Both the position numbers and the translations under genes were made by a program. Positions 23,819-35,110 of a stretch of 64,000 nt of DNA are shown here, one piece after another. Source of the stretch: Dendrobates tinctorius (lineage: Eukaryota); NCBI RefSeq assembly GCF_039654945.1, contig NW_027361869.1, forward strand, positions 7,130,001 to 7,194,000, in the 5' to 3' direction. The notes under the pieces are model-generated. The model saw only the letters and a list, made by a program, of their open reading frames with translations. It had not been told where the DNA came from and ran no database searches. Numbering within the stretch: position 1 is the first letter of the stretch; each line of letters starts with the position of its first letter.

Positions 23819-26740
23819 CTAAATCATCCCAGTCAGATGTCTGTCCAGCCTCTGTTTGAAGACTTCCATTGAAGGAGAACTCACCACTTCTCGTGGCAGC
23901 CTGTTCCACTCATTGATCACTCTAACTGTCAAAAAGTTTTTTCTAATATCTAATCTGTGTCTCCTCCCATTCAGTTTCATCCCATTGCTTCTAGTCTTTC
24001 CTTGTGCAAATGAGAATAAAGTTGATCCTTCTACAATGTGACAGCCCTTTAGATATTTGTAGACAGCAATTAAGTCTCCTCTCAGTCTTCTCTTTTGCAA
24101 ACTAAACATTCCCAAATCCTGCAACCTTTCCTCATAAGACAGGGTTTGCAGACCGGTCACCATTCTGGTCGCTCTTTTCTGAACTTGCTCCAGTTTGTTG
24201 ATGTCTTTTTTAAAATGTGGTGCCCAAAACTGGACACAATATTCCAGATGAGGTCTGACCAAAGAGGAGTAGAGGGAAATAATGACTTCACGTGATCTAG
24301 ACTGTATGCTTCTGTTAATACATCCTAGAACTGCATTTGCCTTTTTTGCTGCTGCATCACACTGTTGACTCATATTCAGTCTGTGATCTATTAGTATACC
24401 CAAGTCTTTTTCACATGTGCTGTCACTTAGCCCTATTCCTCCCATTCTATATATGCTTTTTTCATTTTTATTGCCCAGATGTAGTACTTTGCATTTCTCC
24501 CTGTGAAAAACCATTCTGTTAGTTACTGCCCACTTCTCCAGTTTATTTAAATCTTTTTGAATCCTCTCTCTCTCTTCTCTAGTATTAGCTATCCCTCCTA
24601 GCTTTGTGTCATCAGCAAATTTAATCAGTTTACCCTCAATTCCTTCATCTAAATCATTGATAAAGATGTTGAACAATACAGGGCCCAGGACAGAGCCCTG
24701 TGGTACCCCACTTGAGACATTCTTCCAACTGGATGTGCAGCCATTTACGACCACTCTTTGGGTCCGATCACTAAGCCAGCTATGAATCCACCTAACAGTT
24801 GCCTTGTCCATTCCATACTTAGTCATTTTTTCAATAAGGATTGTATGAGAGACTTTGTCAAATGCTTTGCTGAAGTCAAGATATACTATATCTACAGCAT
24901 TTCCTTGATCCACCCAATCAGTGATACCGTCATAGAAGGAAATTAAGTTAGTCTGACATGACTTATTAGTTACAAACCCATGCTGACTCTGTTTGATCAC
25001 TTCATTCTTATCCAGGTATTGACTTACATGTTGTTTAATAATTTGTTCAAAGATCTTTCCTGGTATAGAAGTCAGACTCACCGGCCTATAGTTGCCTGGG
25101 TCCACCTTCTTCCCCTTTTTGAAGATAGGAACAACATTTGCTCTTCTCCAGTCTTCTGGCACTTCTCCTGTTCTCCAAGAATTTTCAAAGATTATGGAGA
25201 GTGGTTCAGAAATTTCTTCTGCTATCTCCTTCAGTACTCTGGGGTGTAATTCATCTGGACCTGGAGACTTGAATTCATTTAGGTTAGCTAAGTGTTTCCT
25301 CACTATCTTTCTGTTTATAGATATCCTGGATTCTTCTATTCCCTTAATAGGACAGTGAATAACAGTTGGTGTTACATTTCCTTTCTGAGAGAAAACAGAT
25401 GCAAAATAGGAATTTAAAAGTTCAGCCTTCTCAACATCCTGTCTTACCATTTCATCATTTTCATCCTGTAAAAATCCTATAGCATCTTTGACTTTTCTTT
25501 TACTTTTGACATATCCCCAAAATCCTTTATTATTGCTTTTGACATCTCTTGCAAGCCTCAATTCATTTTCAGCTTTAGCTAATCTGATTTGTGCCCTGCA
25601 GATTCTGCAGACAGCATTATATTCTTCTTTAGATATGCCTCCCTCTTTCCATTTTATAAACATTTTTTTCTTCCTTTTTAGCATGTGCTTAAGTTCTGTG
25701 TTCACCCATCCTGGTTTCCTTAAATGCTTCCTATTCTTCCCTCTTTTCGGAATTGTTAACAACTGTGCTTTGAGAATTTCATTTTTCAAGGTTTCCCATC
25801 CTTCCTGGACATTTTTGTCTTTAAGGATATCCAGCCATTGGATCCCTCCAATTATCTTTCTGAATCCCTTAAAATCTGCCTTTCTGAAATCTAACCTTGA
25901 CGTCTGAGTCTTCACAGGTCTTCCGCCTCTAGTTATCCAAAATTCTAAAATAGCATGGTCGCTACCTCCTAGGGTTCCAGCCACTTTTACCTCCTCAACC
26001 ATTTCCTCCCTGTTTATAAGGATTAGATCCAAGGTAGCAGTTCCCCTTGTTTTCTCCCCTACCTTTTGGAAGATAAAGTTGTCAGCAAGAGAGGATAAGA
26101 ATTTCCTTGACCTGTTAGTTTTGCCTGAGAGAGATTCCCAACAAATGTCTGGATAGTTGAAATCTCCCATGACAACTATGTCATATTTTTTGGAGAACTT
26201 GGCCATTTGATGCATAAAGAGTTCATCCATATCTTCAGCTTGCACAGGCGGCCTGTAGTAAATGCCTACAATGGTGTCCTTTCCATTGTTCTGTCCTTGT
26301 ATTCTTACCCAAACAGTTTCCACAGAACTCCCAGTCTCTGAAGCTTCAATCTCTGTGCAGATATACGCGTTTCTAACATACAATGCAACACCTCCTCCTC
26401 GTTTATCAAGTCTGTTTCTTGCAAATAAGTTGTATCCTTCTAGTCTTGTATTCCAATCATGTGTATCGTCCCACCAAGTTTCAGTGATTCCAATGACATC
26501 ATATTTCTTTTCCTGTGTTAGTAGTTCCAATTCTCCTTGTTTGTTGCCCATGCTTTGTGCATTAGTATAGAAACATTTTAGTTTGTGATTGGTTTCTCTT
26601 TCTCCAATATTTTTATTAATTAGATTCTTTCGTCTTTGTTCTTCCTTTCCACTTCTATTAGCAGAGTTCTCAATAGCATTTGTCAGGTGTATGGCTTTTT
26701 CTGGTCTTTTGCTTCCCTTCCCATGTTGTTCTAGTTTAAA
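23819..26740 (-). CDS. CR1-a ORF2 (endonuclease and RT); first ATG at 26551, frame open back past 26740
   Basis: ITETWW, MGDFN, SDH; [23 protein letters not shown]. Confidence 0.95.
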   Translation of the reverse strand, partial: FKLEQHGKGSKRPEKAIHLTNAIENSANRSGKEEQRRKNLINKNIGERETNHKLKCFYTNAQSMGNKQGELELLTQEKKYDVIGITETWWDDTHDWNTRLEGYNLFARNRLDKRGGGVALYVRNAYICTEIEASETGSSVETVWVRIQGQNNGKDTIVGIYYRPPVQAEDMDELFMHQMAKFSKKYDIVVMGDFNYPDICWESLSGKTNRSRKFLSSLADNFIFQKVGEKTRGTATLDLILINREEMVEEVKVAGTLGGSDHAILEFWITRGGRPVKTQTSRLDFRKADFKGFRKIIGGIQWLDILKDKNVQEGWETLKNEILKAQLLTIPKRGKNRKHLRKPGWVNTELKHMLKRKKKMFIKWKEGGISKEEYNAVCRICRAQIRLAKAENELRLARDVKSNNKGFWGYVKSKRKVKDAIGFLQDENDEMVRQDVEKAELLNSYFASVFSQKGNVTPTVIHCPIKGIEESRISINRKIVRKHLANLNEFKSPGPDELHPRVLKEIAEEISEPLSIIFENSWRTGEVPEDWRRANVVPIFKKGKKVDPGNYRPVSLTSIPGKIFEQIIKQHVSQYLDKNEVIKQSQHGFVTNKSCQTNLISFYDGITDWVDQGNAVDIVYLDFSKAFDKVSHTILIEKMTKYGMDKATVRWIHSWLSDRTQRVVVNGCTSSWKNVSSGVPQGSVLGPVLFNIFINDLDEGIEGKLIKFADDTKLGGIANTREERERIQKDLNKLEKWAVTNRMVFHREKCKVLHLGNKNEKSIYRMGGIGLSDSTCEKDLGILIDHRLNMSQQCDAAAKKANAVLGCINRSIQSRSREVIISLYSSLVRPHLEYCVQFWAPHFKKDINKLEQVQKRATRMVTGLQTLSYEERLQDLGMFSLQKRRLRGDLIAVYKYLKGCHIVEGSTLFSFAQGKTRSNGMKLNGRRHRLDIRKNFLTVRVINEWNRLPREVVSSPSMEVFKQRLDRHLTGMI

Positions 26741-27693
26741 GCTCTCCTTACAAGTGTAGCAAGGCGACTTCCAAATACATGCTTTCCAGTCTTCGTAAGG
26801 TGCACCCCATCTCTAGCAAGTAGTCCATCGTATAAGTAGTTCACTCCGTGATCCAGAAATCCAAATCGTTGCTGACGGCACCATCGACGTAGCCAGTTGT
26901 TCACCTGCAGAATCTTATTCCACCTCCTTGTTCCATGGCCATCCACTGGGAGGATGGAAGAGAAGACCACCTGCGCTCCCAGTTCTTTCACTTTCTTGCC
27001 TAAGTCTTCAAAGTCTCTGCAGATGGTTTCCAGGTCGTTTCTTGCGGTGTCATTTGTCCCCACATGTAGTAGCAGGAATGGGTAGTCATCTGAAGGTCTG
27101 AAGAGTCCTGATATCCTGTCAGACACATCTTTAATTTTTGCACCTGGAAGACAGCACATTTCTCTTGAAGTTATATCCGGTCTGCAGATAGCGGCCTCTG
27201 TTCCTCTCAACAGGGAATCCCCCATGACCACCACTCTCCGTTTCTTCTTCACAACATTTTTCTTTCTCCATCCAGGAGGACTCTGAAGGCGTACAAGGTT
27301 GCTGTTTGTTGGCAAAGTCTTATCCTGATGTATTTCTTCATCGTTTTCCTGCGTGAGAGCCTGGTACTGGTTTCTGAGCAGTATGGGTGCTGACTGCCTC
27401 CTGATCCTCCTGCTTCTCTGGGTCACATGTCTCCATTCCTCTGTTTCTTCAGGTGCACTTCGAATTTCTTCTCTTTCTGTAACATGAAGAGATAATTCTG
27501 CTCTGTCCAAGAACTCTTCACCTTCCTTAATGATCTTCAACGTAGCCAACCTCTCTTCGAGATTTTGCAACTTTTCCTCCAACAGGGACACAAGCTTGCA
27601 TTTGTGGCATGTGAAATTTGGCTTTTCCACTGGTAAGTCTGTGAACATGTAGCAAGAAATGCAGCTCACCAAATGGCTCCTGGCCTCTTCCAT
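26731..27693 (-). CDS. CR1-a ORF1 (Cys zinc finger/leucine zipper and SGNH esterase, 320 aa)
   Basis: CxxC..CxxC, GDSLLRG, HVGTND, DGVHL; ends RALN. Confidence 0.93.
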   Translation of the reverse strand: MEEARSHLVSCISCYMFTDLPVEKPNFTCHKCKLVSLLEEKLQNLEERLATLKIIKEGEEFLDRAELSLHVTEREEIRSAPEETEEWRHVTQRSRRIRRQSAPILLRNQYQALTQENDEEIHQDKTLPTNSNLVRLQSPPGWRKKNVVKKKRRVVVMGDSLLRGTEAAICRPDITSREMCCLPGAKIKDVSDRISGLFRPSDDYPFLLLHVGTNDTARNDLETICRDFEDLGKKVKELGAQVVFSSILPVDGHGTRRWNKILQVNNWLRRWCRQQRFGFLDHGVNYLYDGLLARDGVHLTKTGKHVFGSRLATLVRRALN

Positions 27694-27747
27694 CTTGAGA
27701 TTTCTTAAAAAGATGAGCCAAAATTCGCGCGCCGATAGGCGCCGATA

Positions 27748-28128
27748 GGTTTTCCGATTTCCTCTTTTCAGCTGCAACGGCCAAAACCCAGTGATCGTAG
27801 AGCTCGCGGAGACTCTTCACTTATCCCAGAAGGCACTGGGAATATGCAAATGATCTCCTCAAGACTCTTCCCCTGGTTTTCCGATTTCCTCTTTTCAGCT
27901 GCAACGGCCAAAACCCAGTGATCGTAGAGCTCGCGGAGACTCTTCACTTATCCCAGAAGGCACTGGGAATATGCAAATGATCTCCTCAAGACTCTTCCCC
28001 TGGTTTTCCGATTTCCTCTTTTCAGCTGCAACGGCCAAAACCCAGTGATCGTAGAGCTCGCGGAGACTCTTCACTTATCCCAGAAGGCACTGGGAATATG
28101 CAAATGATCTCCTCAAGACTCTTCCCCT
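27748..28128 (-). repeat. CR1 5'UTR tandem monomers, 3 x 127 bp
   Basis: Identical units starting at 27748, 27875 and 28002. Confidence 0.95.
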
Positions 28129-28559
28129 GGACCAATCGATAGACGTGCTTCCTCCTCCGTTTAACTCCTTATTGCCCTTCTACCTGCTGCTCCTCATGTA
28201 CACGTGTTCTCCCGGCAGCGCTCAGCACATCGGGCTCCTCCTGGTAGAACATGTGCGGATTGTATCATCCGATCTGTGCTAGATGCGGCCTCCTGTGATC
28301 AGTGCGGACCCCACACGGAGACGCCCAGATATAACGTTACCGGGTCTCCGTGTGGCGTCCGCTCCGATCACTGCTGGAAGTGGAGTTGAGACTGATCAGC
28401 CCTGGAGCTGCAGGCAATGTATACACACCCCGTACGGTGCTGCACATCCTCCATACCACCTACTGGGTGGTATACAGCACTACAAAGCCTACGTGTGCTG
28501 TATACTCCCCATCTAGTGCTGCAGACACAAATCCGAGAGCATCTGTTTTATATAAGCCT

Positions 28560-28750
28560 GAATCATGGAATGTTCCAGCTCAGTGCAAGATTCATTAAAT
28601 CCTCCCAGACGGATGTCTGTCCAGCCTCTGTTTGAAGACTTCCATAGAAGGAGAACTCACCACCTCCAGTGGCAGCCTGTTCCACTTATTGATCATCCTC
28701 ACTGTCAAAAAGTTCTCTTTAATATCTAATCCGTGTCTCCTCCCATTCAG
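28560..28750 (-). mobile_element. Older CR1 3' fragment
   Basis: Diverged copy of CR1-a 23815-23975. Confidence 0.8.
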
Positions 28751-29333
28751 AATCATCTACAGAATACCCCCATATAGTGCTGTAAACCCCAAATAGCTAT
28801 TGTATGTATAGGCTCACATAGTGCTGGTTACCCTCCATATAGTGACATGAGCATAAGGTAGTGCTGATACCTACATATTGCTGAATACTCTGCACAAAGT
28901 GCTGTGGGCCCTCCATATTGTTCTATATAACATCATATGTGGCTGTATACCCCCATATAGTGCTGTAAGCTGCCAAATACTGTTGTATACGGACACATTG
29001 TGCAGTATACCCTTCAAGTAGTATTATATACCTCCATATAGTGCTGATAATCCAACATATAGTATTTTATAGTTGAATATCCTGTATCCATACAGTGCTG
29101 TATACTCCCCATATATTCGTGCACACCCTCATGTATTGCTGTATACCCCCATAGAGTGACATGTATGCTCCTGAAAGGGCTGAATAATCCATATATCGGA
29201 TATTCTGGACTCCGAGCTCCTGATCTACAATCCCCACAACACTGCGCACCACAGAGATGAAGTTACTGCGGGATCTCGTCACTTCTCCTCACGTTTTCTG
29301 ACCTCATTATTGCGGGTCAGGATGATTTCGGAT

Positions 29334-30990
29334 TAGTGATGGGCGAGCACTAAAATGCTCGGGTGCTCGTTGTTAAGGTCAAGCAAATTAGAATACTCGG
29401 GTACTCGGTCAGGACAACGAGCCCCATGTAAGTCTATGGGAGACCTGAGCATTTTTGCAGCGATTCCCCCCGGGGGTCCATTTAAGGTCTAAAAACATCT
29501 GAAAATGAAGGAAACACTGCTCAAATGACACGGGGACATAATGCGGATCGCTTCTGGAACCATTCCTGACTCCTAGGTCACAGTTTCAAACAATGTTGTC
29601 AGTTTCCTGCCATTGTTACCAGTGCACCAAATAATATACCAAAACGGATTTTGCTGGGATAAATTTTAAGGTACATCCTTTCCAGGTTAAAGACTAGTAT
29701 ATAAGGCAAAATAAATAACCCCAAGTCAAAATGTTCCTCCACCACTTGGTCTATGTTCAGACGCAGCGTTTTTGAAGCGTTTTGCAACTTTAACATTGCT
29801 TTCAATCAAAACTAATGCATTCACTTGGAAATGTCATTGTAACATTTAACAACCCTAGCTGGCCATGCGGTGTGTGACACATAAGCAGACACATCTTGTT
29901 TTATTTATGAAGGAGGGACTCGGTCACAGAGCCTATTTTTACAGGGGCCTCAGGCGGCATTAATCTACTTAAAGGGCCATTATTAAACAGTGGGTCTCCT
30001 AAATGGTTATTGTCTATGCAGTGACTGGATGGGCTACCAAGAATTACAACACACCCAATACCCCTTTCACGAGATGTCCAGGAGGGCCTCCATAAAAAAT
30101 GTTGCATTGAATGCAAGGCCTGCCCTGCTACCAAGTCATGTGCACCCCAATAAGCCTTTGAACTCACATACTGGTTGGGCCCAGGACAATCCACTTCACA
30201 TAGAATCAAAGAACATTATTACTTTCGTACTCCCATTCTGTTTTCTTATGGATTCACGGCAAGGCCTGCCCTGCTACCAAGTCATATGCACCCCAATAAC
30301 TCCAATCCCCCCTTGGAATAAAATATAGAGGGCCTTTTAAAAAATGTCTCATTAAAAAAAGAACCGGATCTCCTAGACTTGTAATGCCCATACACTAAGT
30401 GTGTTGGCTGGCAAACATGTTGCCCTGTGGGTTACACCTCAACCTTTTCCATAACCAGTATTTTACGCCCAGCAAAACCACCCACCCTTGTTCGTGTGAT
30501 TCCAACCCACCCTGGGCGAGCTGACCTGGTAAGGACCACCCAGGGATACAGGAAGCATCAGAACGCCCTGGGAAATAAAGTACCATGACTGCTGGAACCA
30601 GGTGGCAGGCTGGAAGGAGGCACAAGAGACAGTGTTTAGCAGGATGAAGTGGTGGATGATATAGTAACTGACCCAAGCTAGCAGGACATGCAAAGTGAGG
30701 ACAGCAGCATAGGGGGAGGGAGGCATAGCGCCCCAACAGCCAGGAAGAAGCAGTGTGGTTGCCGCAGACAGAAGGCCGGCAACTATTAACAGTAACACCA
30801 ACATGATGGAAGTTGCCTGTCCATCTGTTAGGCCTTCTCAAGTCTAGTTGTTTAATACTCTGCCCATAACCCCAAAAAAGGTCATTTACACCACCTGCCA
30901 TGCCAGCATCAGCAGGGGTAGCAAAACTACCAGCCTCACCACCACGAGCATGATCAGGACCATGGTTGGTAGCAAAGCCAGCAGTATTAA
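29334..30990 (+). mobile_element. Degenerate hAT remnant (left end and BED-finger-like fragment), truncated beside the H3 3' end
   Basis: Starts TAGTGATGGGCGAG with GCTCG subterminal repeats; translation KKVIxTTCHASISRG..TTTSMIR resembles zf-BED. Confidence 0.6.
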
Positions 30991-31068
30991 AGGTCAGGAA
31001 TTCGCTCTTCTTGAGGGAGGATTGGGTGGCTCTGAAAAGTCAGTTGCAGTCAGGTGGGCAGGACAGAT

Positions 31069-31548
<480 letters not shown>

Positions 31549-31951
31549 CTATTCACGCTTCATGAGGACACGCCCCCTGCATTCCATTGGTTATTTTGTA
31601 GAATGTGAGCAGCGAATAGCGTTTGATGTCCGCGACCAATCACTGTACAGAGAAGGCTCAACCTGACTCACAGTTCAGCTATCACCCACTGCTCTGATAC
31701 ACAGGGTCACATCCAATCTCCAGGCGGCTTCTACAGCGGAAGCTCCGATTCTATATTCCCAGTACCCAGAGCGGTACAGCAGCTCCTCTATAATCAGTCA
31801 CTGACGCTCCAACTCTCACATCGGAGTTATAACCTCACACCACTCTTACTAAGATGCGGGTTACAGGTGGTGATAATTAGGATGATGGAAGTAACGTGAT
31901 TTCTGCTGCACATCGGCCCCTTCCCTCCATTACACAGAACTGTCACCTGAA

Positions 31952-33830
31952 GGCACCGATCATACAGCTCTGCGGGGAGGAGGTGGAGGCACTGATCATA
32001 CAGCTCTGCGGGGACAGGGTGGTGGCACTGATCATACAGCTCTGCGGGGAGGAGGTGGAGGCACTGATCATACAGCTCTGCGGGGACAGGGTGTTGGCAC
32101 TGATCATACAGCTCTGCGGGGAGGAGGTGGAGGCACTAATCATACAGCTCTGCGGGGAGGAGGTGGAGGCACTGATCATACAGCTCTGCGGGGAGGAGGT
32201 GGTGGCACTGATCATACAGCTCTGCGGGGAGGAGGTGGAGGCACTGATCATACAGCTCTGCGGGGACAGGGTGGTGGCACTGATCATACAGCTCTGCGGG
32301 GAGGAGGTGGAGGCACTGATCATACAGCTCTGCGGGGACAGGGTGGTGGCACTGATCATACAGCTCTGCGGGGAGGAGGTGGTGGCACTAATCATACAGC
32401 TCTGCGAGGGACAAGGTGGTGGCACTAATCATACAGCTCTGCGAGGACAGGGTGGTGGCACTGATCATACAGCTCTGCGGGGACAGGGTGGTGGCACTAA
32501 TCATACTGCTCTGCGGGGACAGGGTGGTGGCACTGATCATACAGCTCTACGAGGACAGGGTGGTGGCACTGATCATACAGCTCTGCGGGGACAGGGTGGT
32601 GGCTCAGATCATACAGCTCTGCGAGGACAGGGTGGTGGCACTGATCATACAGCTCTGCGGGGACAGGGTGGTGGCACTGATCATACAGCTCTACGAGGAC
32701 AGGGTGGTGGCACTGATCATACAGCTCTGCGGGGACAGGGTGGTGGCTCAGATCATACAGCTCTGCGGGGACAGGGTGGTGGCACTGATCATACAGCTCT
32801 ACGAGGACAGGGTGGTGGCACTGATCATACAGCTCTGCGGGGACAGGGTGGTGGCTCAGATCATACAGCTCTGCGAGGACAGGGTGCTGGCACTGATCAT
32901 ACAGCTCTGCGGGGACAGGGTGGTGGCTCAGATCATACAGCTCTGCGGGGACAGGGTGGTGGCACTGATCATACAGCTCTACGAGGACAGGGTGGTGGCA
33001 CTGATCATACAGCTCTGCGGGGACAGGGTGGTGGCACTGATCATACAGCTCTACGAGGACAGGGTGGTGGCACTGATCATACAGCTCTGCGGGGACAGGG
33101 TGGTGGCTCAGATCATACAGCTCTGAGGGGACAGGGTGGTGGCACTGATCATACAGCTCTACGAGGACAGGGTGGTGGCACTGATCATACAGCTCTGCGG
33201 GGACAGGGTGGTGGCACTGATCATACAGCTCTGCGGGGACAGGGTGGTGGCACTGATCATACAGCTCTGCGGGGACAGGGTGGTGGCTCAGATCATACAG
33301 CTCTACGAGGACAGGGTGGTGGCACTGATCATACAGCTCTGCGGGGACAGGGTGGTGGCACTGATCATACAGCTCTACGAGGACAGGGTGGTGGCACTGA
33401 TCATACAGCTCTGCGGGGACAGGGTGGTGGCACTGATCATACAGCTCTACGAGGACAGGGTGGTGGCACTGATCATACAGCTCTGCGGGGACAGGGTGGT
33501 GGCTCAGATCATACAGCTCTGAGGGGACAGGGTGGTGGCACTGATCATACAGCTCTACGAGGACAGGGTGGTGGCACTGATCATACAGCTCTGCGGGGAC
33601 AGGGTGGTGGCACTGATCATACAGCTCTGCGGGGACAGGGTGGTGGCACTGATCATACAGCTCTGCGGGGACAGGGTGGTGGCTCAGATCATACAGCTCT
33701 ACGAGGACAGGGTGGTGGCACTGATCATACAGCTCTGCGGGGACAGGGTGGTGGCACTGATCATACAGCTCTACGAGGACAGGGTGGTGGCACCGATCAT
33801 ACAGCTCTGCGGGGACAGGGTGGTGGCTCT
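31952..33830. repeat. 30-bp satellite array B (about 63 units, homogeneous), fused to the H1 stem-loop
   Basis: Unit GGTGGCACTGATCATACAGCTCTGCGGGGACAGGGT-type; the last unit runs into GGCTCTGAAAAGAGCC. Confidence 0.98.
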
Positions 33831-33840
33831 GAAAAGAGCC
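33825..33840 (-). terminator. H1 stem-loop; HDE AGAGCTGTA at 33800-33808 lies in the first satellite unit
   Basis: AAA-GGCTCT TTTC AGAGCC-ACCA on the minus strand. Confidence 0.96.
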
Positions 33841-33867
33841 TTTGTGTAAAATAACTGGGTCCGCAAC

Positions 33868-34485
33868 TTATTTCTTGGCCGCGGGCTTCTTGGCTTTCTT
33901 AGCCGGACTCTTGGCAGCTTTAGGTTTGGCCGCCTTTTTAGCCGGACTCTTCGTCGCCTTCTTAGGCTTGGGAGCGGCTTTCGACTTCTTGGGGCTCTTG
34001 GCTGCTTTCTTGGCAGCTGCAGGCTTCTTGGCCTTTTTCGGGCTCTTCTTGGCCGTGGTCAGAGCCTTCTTGGGCTTCTTCGGAGATTTGGCGGCTTTCT
34101 TAGCAGCAACGGGTTTCTTGGGCTTGGCTGCTGACTTCTTGGCCACTTTAGTCTCCTGCTTCTTGTTGAGTTTGAAGGACCCGGAGGCGCCGCTGCCCTT
34201 CACCTGGAGGAGGGTGCCCTTGGTGACCAGAGACCTGACGGCCAGCTTCAGGCGGCTGTTGTTCTTCTCTACATCGTACCCTCCGGCAGACAGCGCCTTC
34301 TTCAGGGCGGCCAGAGACACCCCACTGCGCTCCTTAGAGGCTGACACGGCTTTCACGATCAGCTCGGAGACGCCAGGACCAGAGGATTTCTTGCTGCTCT
34401 TGGCGGCGGATTTCTTTGGCTGCTTCTTGGCTTTGGCAGCCGGTTCTGCGGGAGGGGGAGCGGCGGCTGGCGCGGTCTCTGCCAT
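33868..34485 (-). CDS. H1: Somatic linker histone H1 (205 aa)
   Basis: MAETAPAA...[36 protein letters not shown], with a K/A/P-rich tail carrying SPKK motifs. Confidence 0.98.
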   Translation of the reverse strand: MAETAPAAAPPPAEPAAKAKKQPKKSAAKSSKKSSGPGVSELIVKAVSASKERSGVSLAALKKALSAGGYDVEKNNSRLKLAVRSLVTKGTLLQVKGSGASGSFKLNKKQETKVAKKSAAKPKKPVAAKKAAKSPKKPKKALTTAKKSPKKAKKPAAAKKAAKSPKKSKAAPKPKKATKSPAKKAAKPKAAKSPAKKAKKPAAKK

Positions 34486-34549
34486 CCTTATGCTACGGAG
34501 CCAAAACACAAAAATCTCCCGATAGGAAAACACTAAGGCCGGAGCTGGA

Positions 34550-35110
34550 GGAGTCTGTTATATGTACAGGCTTACTGTGCACTGATTGGCTGCTGAGCTA
34601 CAGGCTTACTGTGCACTGATTGGCTGCTGAGCTACACCGTCCTGAGCATCTATTGGCTGACACTGCATACATGCCCCGCCTCTTCCCAGCTGAGAACGAG
34701 TGAAGCTCCGCTCTCCCCTTGTGCTTCCCTGCCCGGAATAAAAGCCCTTTACCGGCTGACACCGGACAGCAGAGCGCGCTTCCTCCGCCGCTTCTTCTTC
34801 GCCATCTTCTCCACCGACCGTCTGTAGCTGTCACTAGCAGAGACGCCGGGGAAGAGCGGAGAGGAGGTCCCGGGATCATCGCCGTCGTCCTCCAGATCTG
34901 CACATCGCTGTGTATCCGGGAAGATACATCTGCTGGGGGAACTCGTTCCTCCTGTTCCCGGCTCCTGTCACCATCACAGGGATCTTTACTACAATGTCTA
35001 TCGTACAGGACGCTGATTGTACGATGTGGGGACGACCTGGAGCTGCTGAGAGCCCAGAAGGGTAACACAGGCGATGGCTCCGCTGACTGCCGCCTCCCTG
35101 ACCTGTGACC
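34550..35110. promoter_or_regulatory. H1 promoter and adjoining CpG-rich island
   Basis: TATA-like element near 34558, three CCAAT boxes (minus strand), GC box 34673, CpG-dense to about 35110, YY1-like GCCATCTT at 34801. Confidence 0.7.

Larger units (their letters stand above)
23727..28129 (-). mobile_element. Full-length intact CR1 LINE (CR1-a)
   Basis: (ATTCTATG)n tail, 3' hairpin, intact ORF1 and ORF2, three 127-bp 5' monomers, TSD GACCA at 23722-23726 and 28130-28134. Confidence 0.96.

Noticed and set aside
31952-33830. Tandem U7 snRNA genes
   Set aside because: Only the 9-11-nt 5' match is present; no Sm site AUUUGUCUAG, 3' hairpin or snRNA promoter.
31896-33854. 652-aa repeat ORF and the many VVALIIQLC / MISATT ORFs in the arrays
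   Set aside because: By-products of a tandem unit whose length is a multiple of 3; open in several frames on both strands, with stops and frameshifts at random.
33842-34525. Antisense ORFs over histone genes and LINEs
   Set aside because: Shadow frames of GC- or codon-biased genes; no independent signals.
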